Part shown: piece after piece, positions 1-12,650 of the stretch | How positions within the stretch are numbered: the first letter of the stretch is position 1 | Layout of the letters: each line of letters starts with the position of its first letter | Assembly: GCA_964016885.1 (NCBI GenBank) | Contig: OZ024745.1 | Span: 118,110,001-118,174,000 of the forward strand | Direction: 5' to 3' | Length of the DNA stretch: 64,000 nt | Origin: Eledone cirrhosa | Taxonomy: Eukaryota | Translations under genes and position numbers: made by a program | Notes under the pieces: generated by a model | Told to the model about the DNA's origin: nothing | Database searches by the model: none | What the model saw: only the letters and a program-made list of their open reading frames with translations

Positions 1-485
1 ACACACACATACATTCACATAAACACATACATACATTCACATAAACACATACATACATTCCCATAAACACATACATACATTCACATAAACACACACATAC
101 ATTCACATAAACACATACATACATTCACATAAACACACACATACATTCACATAAACACACACATACATTCCCATAAACACATACATACATTCACATAAAC
201 ACACACATACATTCCCATAAACACATACATACATTCACATAAACACATACATACATTCACATAAACACATACATACATTCCCATAAACACACACGTACAT
301 TCCCATAAACACATACATACATTCACATAAACACATACATACATTCACATAAACACACACATACATTCACATAAACACATACATACATTCCCATAAACAC
401 ATACATACATTCACATAAACACATACGTACATTCACACAAACACACACACCATCCCCTTCCTTCCTTTTACACACACATACATTC
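1..485. repeat. 22-bp CA-rich minisatellite
   Basis: Unit acacatacatacattcacataa. Confidence 0.95.
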
Positions 486-810
486 AAGCAAGCAGTAGGT
501 GTAAAGAGAGAGGAGTAGTATGAGGTAGTCAAACTACTCCTCTCTCTTTACGTGTTGTGACAGAATCGCAGAAATTTATATATCGAAGAAATTCTATATG
601 TTGAGCATGTGGTTCTAAGGTATTAATTATTGTTGTCGGAATATCCATGAAGGAGTGTTGTCGTTTTGTTTTAGAATGGGAATTTTTGAATTGGATAAAT
701 TGCTAGAATCAACATCTTGAAACACTAGTGTCTGTTATTCTTACATGGTTATTGAAGTAGCCATGGCACTATCACAGCTTAAAGTACTATAGTTAGACTT
801 ATCTGTGCTT

Positions 811-1010
811 ACATCATCATAACCATCATCACTATCATCATCATCATCATCATCATCATCATTAGTATTATCATCACTATCATCATCATCGTCATCATCA
901 CCACCATCATCATCACCATCATCGTCATTACCATTATCATCATTACCAACACCATCATCACCATCATCACCATTATCAACATTACCATCATCACCATCAT
1001 CACCATCATT
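811..1010. repeat. Degenerate (CAT)n microsatellite
   Basis: Direct reading. Confidence 0.95.
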
Positions 1011-1087
1011 ATGTTAATTAATGCCTGTTACCCCATACAGCCCTACTTCTCTGTAAGTATTCATCAAGCTGAAATATTCATCCAATG

Positions 1088-1565
1088 AAGCACCCAGCTG
1101 ACGTTGTAAAGTGGTTGTGATGGTGACACGACAAAAAGCACCCAGCCCACACTGTAAAGTTGTTGTGATGGTGACATGACAAAAAGCACCCAGCCCACAC
1201 TGTAAAGTTGTTGTGATGGTGACACGACAAAAAGCACCCAGCCCACACTGTAAACTGGTTGAGATGGTGTCATGATACAAAGCACCCAGCCCACACTGTA
1301 AACTGGTTGAGATGGTGACACGACAAAAAGCACCCAGCCCACACTGTAAAGTGATTGTGTAGGTGTCATGATACAAAGCACCCAGCCCACACTGTAAATG
1401 AGGTTAGTGCTAGGAAGGGCATCCAACTGTAGAAACCAAGCCAAAATAGGTTCTGTATGAGCAAAACATGGTCACCTGACCTGGCATTGATCACAACAGG
1501 ACAACTCATCTAACCCGTGCCAGCAGGGGAAAATAGACCTTAAATGGTGATAATGATGATGATGA
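1088..1565 (+). mobile_element. SINE family B 3' part with an internal tandem array (~48-bp units)
   Basis: Repeated gcacccagcccacactgtaaa units, then aggaagggcatcc and an (ATG)n tail. Related copies at 27400-27725 (-), 61345-61615 (+), 10560-10830 (-) and 46185-46290 (+). Confidence 0.75.
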
Positions 1566-2289
1566 ATTAGCAGAATTGTTTAAACATCAGATAGAATTCT
1601 TTTTTTTATTTGTTCTGCTGAGTTCAACTTTGCTTTCGATCCAAAGTACCAGTAAAGTACAGGGGTCAGTGTAAGGAACTTATATATAAGTGTATATGTG
1701 TGTGATTATCCATGAGGATACAAGTAACATAGTGAGACTTCTGTATGTTTATTATATATAAATATAATGTATATACTTTTATATACACCTCTATTATGAT
1801 GTAAGAGGTGTAGTGGTATTATATGCAGACCATCAGGTAAGATAGATTTTGCAGGTGACATATGCACAAGACTAGTTTGTAGTGAGAGCAGTAGGGAAAT
1901 GACCATTTTCCCCACCTTTGGAAGGTACCATAGAAGTTGATAGCATTTGTTACTTAGGTGTCTTAATTATAGAACCATCTCGATTAATGCTCAGAATTGT
2001 CTAAAGGGAAAACCACTGCAAAGCACTCTAAAAACTTTGCTAGTACATCCCTAGAAGTAAAAAATTCATATAACAAATGTTTTACTTCCTCCAACGATGA
2101 CAGTGGGAGTTCGGCTCTTCTGTGTTTGGACCATATCCTTGTGGTCATGTTTATTACCCTTGAAACTTATTTAATAAGTTTAAAATTTATGCCTATTATT
2201 CAGTAATATTAGTAGTGATAATATCATAGAATATGAACAGGCTAGAAAACGTTTCGGGAGCTACTACCTCTGTTGATAACAAAAGCATT

Positions 2290-2547
2290 TTCTCTATGAG
2301 TAAAAGTAGATTGTATGATGCATGTGTGGGCAGTGAGACATGGGCAGTAAATGCAGAGGCTATGCATAAGCTGGAGAGAAATGAAGCAAGCTTGCTCCAT
2401 TGGATGTGCAATGTCAGTGTGCATGAACAACAACGTGGGGATGGACTGAGAGAAAAGCTGGGTATAAGAGGTATACAAGAAAGAAGACTGCTCTGGTTTG
2501 GACATGTAATGTGTATGGATGAGGAACACTGGGTAAAGAAGTACTAG
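2290..2547 (+). mobile_element. RTE-type LINE fragment, post-RT region
   Basis: RLYDACV-GSETWAV...LERNEASLLHWMC...LREKLGI...RRLLWFGHV. Confidence 0.75.
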
Positions 2548-2832
2548 ATGATGCCAGAATTCCCTTTTCTTTAAATCCATCAACCAATGACCTCCACCAT
2601 CCCAATCATCACCTTCTCCTACCACCAGAAAAGGTATAAATACACCATATTACTTGGACAATCGGTTTCCTGATGATTTCTCCTGAATGAAACAGTTCTA
2701 GTCCTGTAGAAGCAATCTCTATATTAAATATATATATATAACATATATATACTGTAGAGTGCTTCGAATCTGTTATAAATAAATTTGTTGAATAACCAAC
2801 AAATTAAATAACTCTTTGTTTATATATATATA

Positions 2833-3600
2833 AATAGTAAATCAAACAAAAGAACTAGAACTAGAAATATTATTTGGTACTCTCCCCCATTCTCATTAGG
2901 AGTTAAAATACCTGTAGCAAACATATTTTTCAAAGCATTAGATAAATGTTTTCCTAAATCCCATAGATACCATTCTATTTTTAACAGACATACTATAAAA
3001 CTATCTTACTCTACTACTATGAACATAGCACAAAATATTAATAGAATTAATAATAGAAACTTAAATTTAAATACAAACCAAATAAACCAAAATAACAATA
3101 TTAATATTACAAATAACAGTATTAATACTAATAATAATCGTAACTTTCCTATTGACAACAACTCTGGAAAATGTAACTATAGAAATGAATTAATTTGCTC
3201 TTTACAGAATAATTATCTAGATAAAAACTTAGTATATAAATGCATAGTAAAAACTAGAGATAAAATATATAACTATATAGGAGTCACTTCTACAAAATTT
3301 AAGGAATACTGGTATAATCACAAACATACATTTAATAGATCAGACAAAAAATGTTCAACACCACTTTCACATCTAATTTGCTACTTAAAAGACAATAATA
3401 TTGACTATTCAATCTCTTGGGGAACGATTTCGAAAGCGCCCGCATACCGAAATATGGCTCTTTCAAGAATTTGTCATTTGTGTATTGAGGACATTTTTCA
3501 TATACTTACCAGCCAAAACTTTATTAACAAAAAGAAAGAATTATTCAGTTCTTGCAGACATCGCCAAACTAAAACATTCAGAAGTATCTATAATCTATAG
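2833..3600 (+). pseudogene. GIY-YIG endonuclease ORF of a PLE, no RT domain present
   Basis: 62 in-frame codons precede the listed Met at 3019. Contains the LVY...YIG motif, CxxC plus conserved Glu, and an N-K-x-x-E C-terminus. Confidence 0.85.
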
Positions 3601-4982
3601 AAAATATTATCTACATCTCACCTGTTTACAATTAATATGTCTTCACTATGTTTTGTTGATGTTTTGCGGTGATTATTAGATGATGATTTTCTTTTTAACT
3701 GATATTTTTCAAATGATACTCTTTTTAAATTGTTTTTAAATGATATTTTGAAATATATCTTTCTTGTGATAGTTCTAATGATGTTTCTGAATACACTTTG
3801 GGTGTCTCTAATATTTCTTCCTAATTGACTACATAGACTTTAACATTTGCAGCGATGTAGATAATGCTATCTAAATACATATGTAAAAGAATTTTTATCT
3901 TTCAAAATATGTAATATAGGATACCTTATAATTATATATAAAATAATATATAAAAAATTTTCTATATATATTTTGCATATATCTTAATTGAATATTCTTT
4001 TAAAGTAAATTCTAGTATAAACGACAAATGTAACCTAACTATTTTTACTAAAAAGCATTGGAGTTATCTTTTCCTTTATAATGTAACACGCTTAAATATT
4101 TCTTCTAAGTAACAACTAAACTTTACATAAATATTAAATTTTCTGTATAATTTCGTTAACTTATTAAACTTTGTAAATGTATTCCTATCTTGATTGAACT
4201 ATAGAATGCATAAAATAATCTTCTCTAATAAAAATAGAACTACTTTCTTTTTTCTTAACTATATATTGAAAATGTAAACACGAAATTTTTCGAAACCCTT
4301 AACATATATAAAAATATGTAAAATATCTATCAAAGGAAAAAAAAACATATATACTCACCAAAATTATTTATATAAATATTTATATAAGTAACCTGTTGTA
4401 ATATAATAAAGTAAATTATACTTACAACCTTAATTCTTCATAAAATATACTTATAAATATTATCTATATAATATTATAACTCACGATTTGAATAGATCCA
4501 ATAATTACTACTATCTCTCAATTTTTTAAATTAGTATTCCACCACTTCAACACATTTATAATTCTCATATTATTTTATAGATACTACCAAAATATATAAT
4601 TATAAAATTAAATAAATAATTATAATTATATCACTCTCTTTACACCATCACTGATTTGATCCATACAATTATATTTTAATAATAATAGTGTATTTCTAAA
4701 TATAATATACTTGTTTTCTTATAATCATTCCTTAAATTTTCTTACACCCTAATATTAATATTAACATCTCTCTCTTCTTACATTAAAAATAAAAAAATAA
4801 AAAATTATCCTAATAATTATTTAAATTTACCTAGCGTCTAAGTATAACGATCATTTTCAACTGCACGTTTAGCCTCATTAACATATTTCATCCTAAGATT
4901 TGAAATTTCTTTCACTATCCAAAATGAACTTAAAACGATAAGTTCTTTTTTCTGGATATGTCAATATTTATAAAACAATTTT

Positions 4983-5037
4983 TGTATTTTATCTGATGAG
5001 CGCGTACCAAAATTTTGGTACCCTTGAAATATATATA
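4983..5037 (+). ncRNA. Type I hammerhead ribozyme, 3' strand of stem I displaced by a SINE insertion
   Basis: tgtattttat-CTGATGA(4993-4999)-stem II gtaccaa/ttggtac-GAAA(5026-5029)-palindromic AtatataT-A. The stem I partner ataaatta reappears once the SINE at 5040-5201 is removed. Confidence 0.7.
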
Positions 5038-5039
5038 AT

Positions 5040-5201
5040 TGTTTCTACTTTTGGTACAAGGCCAGCAATTACCCAGTACAATACTGGTACTTTATTTTAT
5101 CGACCCCGTAAGGATGAAAGGCAAAGTTAACCTCAGCGGGATTTGAACTCAGATCGTAAAGCGAAGTAACTATGCTGGAAAGCATGTCTGACCCTCTACC
5201 G
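5040..5201 (-). mobile_element. tRNA-derived SINE, family A (core resembles the Meta domain)
   Basis: B box gagttcaaatccc and core ctttgcctttcatccttacggggtcgataaaataaagtaccagt on the minus strand; ATAAT duplicated at 5035-5039 and 5202-5206. Confidence 0.85.
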
Positions 5202-6019
5202 ATAATAAATTAAATATGGTTTTATAAAGATAGTTTCCATGTATTAATATCATTGATATTATACTCCAGAAGAAATCCTGTAGAGTGCTTCGAATCTGTT
5301 GTAAATAAATTTGTTGAATAACCAAAAAATTAAATATCTATTTGTTTATATATATATATATATACATGTATATATATATATTGGGAGAATTGGGAGAATC
5401 AATGAATGCCTCAATGAATGTGGTTCCATCCCTGTCATTTCATTTATGTAGCTAATAATGTATTTGAAAAGAGTCTATCCCACTTGAAGCTAATGACTAA
5501 AAATTGAAATTGCAGATACAAAACATTAACTGAAATGAACTCACTCAGAAAGCCAACCTGCTTTACAGATTTCATTGTCTGGAATGCCTAACATCACTGT
5601 ACAGTATTATATAAAAAATATTTAACTCTTTACCATATTTTTAATGAAAAACAATTTGGAAGGATTTAGTAATATAACTAACTTTCCCATTATTAAGCTG
5701 GTGTTTGGAACATATCTTTATAAAGATACTTACACAAAATTATGTTGGAAAGCTTTTAGATAAATATAAGTTTAAAATAAAAGTTATGAATGGTAGAACT
5801 TTCAAGCAGTTTGGTGTTAAAATAGTTAAATGTTTTAAATCCTAAATTAAAACACTTTGCAAAATTAAAATTTAAATACAAGCTGGTTTCTTTTAACACC
5901 TAAAAAGATAAATGCTAGATAGCAAATACCAAGTGAAGATAAAATTATAACTTTGAATTTAAATCTAATTTGAGGATCAAAGTCGAATAGAATGACTAAC
6001 ACATATTAATCCTTTAGTA

Positions 6020-8256
6020 TTTACATTACTCTCTCTATATACATTATTGTATTTTCATGGTAAAGGCTTTACCTCACATAATATCTCACATAACATTTAC
6101 ATTACTCTACATATACTATTGTATTTTCATGGTAAAGGCTTTACCTCACATAATATCTCACATAACATTTACATTACTCTACATATACTATTGTATTTTC
6201 ATGGTAAAGGCTTTACCTCACATAATATCTCACATAACATTTACATTACTTTACATATACTATTGTATTTTCATGGTAAAGGCTTTACCTCACATAATAT
6301 CTCACATAACATTTACATTACTCTACATATACTATTGTATTTTCATGGTAAAGGCTTTACCTCACATAATATCTCACATAACATTTACATTACTCTACAT
6401 ATACTATTGTATTTTCATGGTAAAGGCTTTACCTCACATAATATCTCACATAACATTTACATTACTCTACATATACTATTGTATTTTCATGGTAAAGGCT
6501 TTACCTCACATAATATCTCACATAACATTTACATTACTCTACATATACTATTGTATTTTCATGGTAAAGGCTTTACCTCACATAATATCTCACATAACAT
6601 TTACATTACTCTACATATACTATTGTATTTTCATGGTAAAGGCTTTACCTCACATAATATCTCACATAACATTTACATTACTCTAGATATACTATTGTAT
6701 TTTCTTGGTAAAGGCTTTACCTCACATAATATCTCACATAACATTTACATTACTCTACATATACTATTGTATTTTCTTGGTAAAGGCTTTACCTCACATA
6801 ATATCTCACATAACATTTACATTACTCTACATATACTATTGTATTTTCATGGTAAAGGCTTTACCTCACATAATATCTCACATAACATTCACATTACTCT
6901 ACATATACTATTGTATTTTCATGGTAAAGGCTTTACCTCACATAATATCTCACATAACATTCACATTACTCTACATATACTATTGTATTTTCATGGTAAA
7001 GGCTTTACCTCACATAATATCTCACATAACATTTACATTACTCTACATATACTATTGTATTTTCATGGTAAAGGCTTTATCTCACATAATATCTCACATA
7101 ACATTTACATTACTCTACATATACTATTGTATTTTCATGGTAAAGGCTTTATCTCACATAATATCTCACATAACATTTACATTACTCTACATATACTATT
7201 GTATTTTCATGGTAAAGGCTTTATCTCACATAATATCTCACATAACATTTACATTACTCTACATATACTATTGTATTTTCATGGTAAAGGCTTTACCTCA
7301 CATAATATCTCACATAACATTTACATTACTCTACATATACTATTGTATTTTCATGGTAAAGGCTTTACCTCACATAATATCTCACATAACATTTACATTA
7401 CTCTACATATACTATTGTATTTTCATGGTAAAGGCTTTACCTCACATAATATCTCACATAACATTTACATTACTCTAGATATACTATTGTATTTTCTTGG
7501 TAAAGGCTTTACCTCACATAATATCTCACATAACATTTACATTACTCTACATATACTATTGTATTTTCTTGGTAAAGGCTTTACCTCACATAATATCTCA
7601 CATAACATTTACATTACTCTACATATACTATTGTATTTTCATGGTAAAGGCTTTACCTCACATAATATCTCACATAACATTTACATTACTCTACATATAC
7701 TATTGTATTTTCATGGTAAAGGCTTTACCTCACATAATATCTCACATAACATTTACATTACTCTACATATACTATTGTATTTTCATGGTAAAGGCTTTAC
7801 CTCACATAATATCTCACATAACATTTACATTACTCTACATATACTATTGTATTTTCATGGTAAAGGCTTTACCTCACATAATATCTCACATAACATTTAC
7901 ATTACTCTACATATACTATTGTATTTTCATGGTAAAGGCTTTACCTCACATAATATCTCACATAACATTTACATTACTCTACATATACTATTGTATTTTC
8001 ATGGTAAAGGCTTTACCTCACATAATATCTCACATAACATTTACATTACTCTACATATACTATTGTATTTTCTTGGTAAAGGCTTTACCTCACATAATAT
8101 CTCACATAACATTTACATTACTCTACATATACTATTGTATTTTCATGGTAAAGGCTTTACCTCACATAATATCTCACATAACATTTACATTACTCTACAT
8201 ATACTATTGTATTTTCATGGTAAAGGCTTTATCTCACACAATTCTCTCACATAATA
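6020..8256. repeat. 72-bp tandem satellite, ~31 nearly identical units
   Basis: Unit ttacattactctacatatactattgtattttcatggtaaaggctttacctcacataatatctcacataacat. Confidence 0.98.
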
Positions 8257-8278
8257 TCAAATCTATGAAATTTTGATA

Positions 8279-8317
8279 ACCACCCGCTTTGGGCTGTGTT
8301 CCCAAGCAACCCGACTC
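8279..8317 (-). pseudogene. ~40-nt 28S rRNA fragment
   Basis: The reverse complement GAGTCGGGTTGCTTGGGAACACAGCCCAAAGCGGGTGGT matches, from memory, the conserved 5' LSU segment GAGTCGGGTTGCTTGGGAATGCAGCCCAAAGCGGGTGGT with 2 mismatches. Confidence 0.85.
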
Positions 8318-8325
8318 TCGGGCCG

Positions 8326-8428
8326 ATCCCGCCGAGGTTGACTTTGCCTTTCATCCTTACGGGATCGATAAAATAAAGTACCAGTAATGCACTGGGGTAA
8401 TTGCTGGCCTTGTGCCAAAAGTAGAAAC
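8326..8428 (+). mobile_element. SINE family A, 5'-truncated
   Basis: atcccgccgaggttgactttgcctttcatcc...ggccttgtgccaaaagtagaaac. Confidence 0.85.
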
Positions 8429-8486
<58 letters not shown>

Positions 8487-8914
8487 ACAAAAAGAATGTG
8501 GTAAGATACCAGGTGGACCATAACGCACCAGAGTACTCAATACTTACTAAAGTAGAAACAATTATTTATTTTGTGAACAACACATTAACATTAGTATAAG
8601 AGGCTGGTTACAGCCATTTTGAACAGAAAGAGATGAGAAAATTCTGGCCAGATACAACCAGTTTAAATGCTAAAGGGTTAATGTAAAATGTGTAAAATGC
8701 AAATGCAGACATAAAGAGTGAAAGTGATTAAGCCTCTATCATATATTATTTAACCAGATAGTTACAGATAACTAAATAAATGAGTAGATATAAGACAGTA
8801 TGATATTTGCATTTATGCTTTCATCGAAAATATATACAATATAAATGAAGAGAAAATAGCAATAACCACAAACCAAACACTGAGTTGAGAAATATATTTG
8901 ATACAGCTGAGCTT

Positions 8915-9260
8915 ACGTGGCAAATTGGCAGAGTCATTAGAACGTCAGATAGAATACTTTGTGGTATTGATTCCTGCTATCTGATCTCTGAGTTCAAATC
9001 CCACCGAGGTCAACTTTGCCTTTCTTCCTTTCGAGGTTGATGAAAAAAGAACCAGTCTAGTACTGGGGTCAATTCTTCCTCTATATCACTTTCTCACTTC
9101 CTCTCTCTCACTTTCTATCCTTCTCTGGAAGAAATCTGCTGAGATCAGAGCTGAAGAGGTAGGAACTCCACTAGACTTAAAATGCCCAAGATATACTGTA
9201 TGGCACTTTGGTGGCCCTACGACTCCATCAGGAGTTACAGGACCATGCCATACATCTATA
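8915..9260 (+). mobile_element. SINE family A variant with an alternative 3' extension
   Basis: A box ttggcagagtc, B box gagttcaaatccc and core, then a 3' segment shared with 38915-39152. Confidence 0.6.
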
Positions 9261-9946
9261 GTAGGCAACTAAATTCTTCATCTGAGAAAACAAAACCAAT
9301 ATTTGTGACAAAAGAGATCCAGTTGACTTAACTAGCCAGTGTATTGCTGACTTTGAGAGAGAGATATGCCAGCCTCCTACACATATCTGTTGTTGTACGT
9401 AAAGGAGAGTAAGATTTGCTGGCCACTGCCATCATGCAACCTATGAGGCTGTGTTCTCATTAGTGCTTTGAAAACCACAAGCAGTCACTAATAACAGGGG
9501 CTGCAAGCTCTCCTATCCCAATGTCATCTCCAGAGATTCTGGTATTGAAATCCAGGACTTGGCAATGGCAATGAACAACAGACCCTCTTGGAGATAAATT
9601 GTTGAGTCGATTTAGGTTGAGGCCACCGGATGCTGATTGCTGATATTTACATATATTAACATATATTATCAATGCCAGAAAACAAACTATTCCTATTATC
9701 ATCATCATGGTCTCATAACTCTTTTCGGAGTCATTTGGACACTGTAGTACTGAATGCTGCGCCAACTGCTTCCATCTCTGGAGGTCATGGGACAAAGTTC
9801 TTCCCCATCCACTCAGCTATACAGAGAGATGGGGAGGGCGAGAGAGATGGAGGTGATGACAGTGGGAGTTCAGTTCTTCCACGTTCAGACCATATCCTTT
9901 TGGTTGTGTTCATTATCTATAGAGGAAGCCTGGAATGTTCTCTAAT

Positions 9947-10270
9947 CTATGTCACTTTGACTACGTGCAAACTGTCGTCATTGGCAGTATACTCAGGTAT
10001 GTTATCAATCCACCAATTTCTCTGTCTTCCCCACCTTCTCTTCCCCCACACTGTTCCATGGAGAATTGTCTTAAAGAGTCCATCCAATCTTGTGACTTGC
10101 CATAACCACCTCAACTTTCTCCTTTTCACCGTGGTCAGCAGGTTTTCAAAGTGACTCACATGCTGGCTGATTCTTCTGCAGATCTCCTCGTCTGTTACAT
10201 GTTCTATGGAGGAGATTCCCAGCATTCTTCTATAATGTTTCCTCTCCACTGTTTGTATCTTCCTTTGCAG
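9947..10270 (-). mobile_element. RTE-type LINE 3' fragment
   Basis: RRMLGIS..EHVTDEEI...LLTTVKRRKLRW...ILHGTVWGKRRWGRQRNWWIDNI. Confidence 0.85.
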
Positions 10271-11172
10271 TTCAGCAAATATTCCAGAACCTTATCTCCC
10301 TCTCCATAACCTTTTGGAATTTGATTTGAAGAATTATATTCTTTATTTTTAAAAAATTATGTTTTTCTGAGACTATCAAAATTTATAATTGTGTTACTGT
10401 GGTATGATTGATATGGCTGTCATATTTCTTTCAGATTTTTCACTCAATGGAAGTGAAAAAATATTTTAATGCTATACTCACTAAATATACTTATTAATAT
10501 CTGTGATAATACAAAAAAATTCCATAACAAACCATACATAAATTACCATAATATACTGTCATCATCATCATCATCATCATCATCATCGTTTGAAACATTC
10601 ACTTTCCTACTAGCAAGGATTGGATGGATCTACACAGACCAAGTTAGTACTGAAACGGAGCCACTGATCTCCCAGACAGGCCAGGGATCTGTATCTAGTT
10701 TATGTACCAAGTGCACAGGAGAGGTTGTCCTGTCTTTGACCCAAGCTTTCTACAGTTGAATACCATTCCTATCACCAACCACTTTACAGTATGTACTGGG
10801 TGCATTTATTATATAGATCACCAGCACTAAGGACATGATTGAGGGGTCTTCCCAACTTGGGGTCCTCTCAATCTTGTATATATACTAATTTCTTACATAG
10901 GCATAAATCATCAAATTAATAGTTTAGAAGGAAATTAGAATTTGTGACTACTGTGACTAATCAAAGAGGTAACCAAAGCAATGTATAATGAAGTAGCAAT
11001 AGCAGGGAAAGGAAACCAGTTTATAGATTTGACTAGATGGAAACTTACATCTATACTTTCTCTCTCTGCATAATATCTATTTCATCAATATTTCATTGAA
11101 ACAATAGTGAAGTTGATCATGGTAAGATTTGAAACCACAACAGTGAAGAATTATGGATTCTGTATAAAATAG

Positions 11173-11200
<28 letters not shown>

Positions 11201-11203
<3 letters not shown>

Positions 11204-11682
11204 ACACACAGAAAAGATGCAATTCTGAGACAAATTACAGAGCCGACAAATATAAACGAACTAAACAGAAAACATGAGTGGAATAGCAACATCACAACTA
11301 GTAATTAAGGACAAAATGAAGACATACAGACACACACAAAAACCAAACTAACAAAACAAATCAGTCACACACAGATAGAACAAACAACCAACTAATGACA
11401 AGTAATTAAACACATAAATAGATAAGTAAACACACACATTCACCTGGATATAATGCATGTGCATAATAAGCGCACAGCACACAACACACAAAAACAAGAT
11501 GGTGTAGGATAGAACAAAGGAGAGACACAAAATAAAAACCCAGTCACTGAGGAGGTCACAGAATGTGTGACGAAAGAGCTTTGACAATATATAAACAACC
11601 TGAAATGTATAATAAATTGAAGTGAAAACCAACAGGTGCATGTGTTTTTATTGGCAGCATGACCCTCCCAAAGTATGACAAT
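11201..11682 (+). mobile_element. Short 3' fragment of a Penelope-like element between (TA)n tracts
   Basis: Starts with a frame reading RKDAILRQ...ELNRKHEW, resembling the GIY-YIG C-terminus (EKxxIL...LNKRxE). Followed by a hammerhead and AATAAA, ending at (TA)n. The terminal ~70 bp recurs inverted at 25028-25100. Confidence 0.6.
11543..11585 (+). ncRNA. Minimal type I hammerhead ribozyme
   Basis: gtca-CTGAGGA(11547-11553)-g-gtcaca gaatg tgtgac-GAAA(11572-11575)-gagc-T-T-tgac. Stem I gtca/tgac, 6-bp stem II, very short stem III, one extra G after A9. Confidence 0.75.
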
Positions 11683-12104
11683 ATATATATAACATTTATT
11701 ATATATAAATTACATATCTAATAATATATGATGATGTTGGTGATGATGATGATATTAGATAAGTAATTTATATAGAATAAATTTTCTTTTACATAATATA
11801 CTAAAAAATAAGAAAAATGGGGGGAGGGATGATAAAAGAAGGAATAAAAAATATGAGGAGAAAACCTAGACACAAGATAATACTACAAGGCAAGGGGCAT
11901 GGGAGCTTCCCTCTAATAATTGTTTTAGGCAAGCCAACACTCTTGTAGTATTGCCATGGGTAAGAATGTGGTTAAGGTAGTGGAATAACCAAGCACAAGA
12001 ACTTCATTGTCAGCGGTCCTGCTTCCACAGACATCCAAACTATCAAAGCAAGAAAAAATAGTTTGAAAATAATTTCTGGAATTTTAGAATTTCATTCGAA
12101 TCAT

Positions 12105-12650
12105 AATAATAATAATGAAATAATTGTGTACAGTGCTCAGGTGCACTACAACTCATCAAAGGTGCATGTATAGTACATAGAATAATTGTTTCTACTTTAG
12201 GCACAAGGCCAGCAATTCCCCAGTGTATTACTGGTACTTAGAATAATGTTCAAATGTCAGGAAAATGAACAGTGTATGAGTCATGAAATACACGTGTGCA
12301 TGTGTATGGAGGGGGATATCCAGGTATAGTGTTGGCGAATTTCAGGAAGCAATGAGGTTTTAAAGGATGCAGTGTCTCGGCAACTAACAACTGATGCAGG
12401 CAGTTTGTTCCATGCTTCAGCAACTGTGAGCGTGAGAAAATGTTTCCGAAAGTCATGGGAGCTGTGCTGTTTTCTGACTTTGAGGGCACACCCACGTGTT
12501 AGACATATGGAATTCAAAAAGGTGCTCAGGGTTGTTGTTGGCAAGATGGTTAATAATTTTGTGGGTGTTTACCAAGTCAGTTGCCAGACATCAGAGCTTC
12601 AATGTATCTATACACAGACGCTCACTGTTACCAGAGCATTCAGGATGTGA
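12105..12650 (-). mobile_element. CR1/L2-type LINE 3' end with a nested SINE tail at 12187-12239
   Basis: TRGCALKVRKQH...RKHFLTLTVAEAWNKLPASVV...SFKTSL is the typical CR1 ORF2 C-terminus; (ATT)n tail at about 12105-12117. Confidence 0.8.

Larger units (their letters stand above)
2752..5347 (+). mobile_element. 5'-truncated Penelope-like element: linker + GIY-YIG endonuclease, long AT-rich 3' region, hammerhead ribozyme and pseudo-LTR-like direct repeat
   Basis: Open frame 2833-3600: KRTRTRNIIWYSPPF...FPKSHRYHSIFNRHTIKLSYSTT...LVYKC...YNYIGVTSTKFKE...CHLCIED...INKKKELFSSCRH. The 3'-terminal ~70 bp (5278-5347) is repeated directly at 2752-2821. Both ends lie in (TA)n. Confidence 0.85.
6006..8681 (-). 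mobile_element. piggyBac-like MITE copy expanded by an internal satellite and nested insertions
   Basis: Termini TTAAtcctttagtattta ... taaatgctaaagggTTAA. The unique parts are the reverse complement of the ~195-bp copies at 36318 and 49537. Confidence 0.7.

Noticed and set aside
6047-8276. 735-aa and overlapping repetitive ORFs
   Set aside because: They come from a stop-free 72-bp unit derived from a non-coding MITE; there is no start context or other sign of coding.
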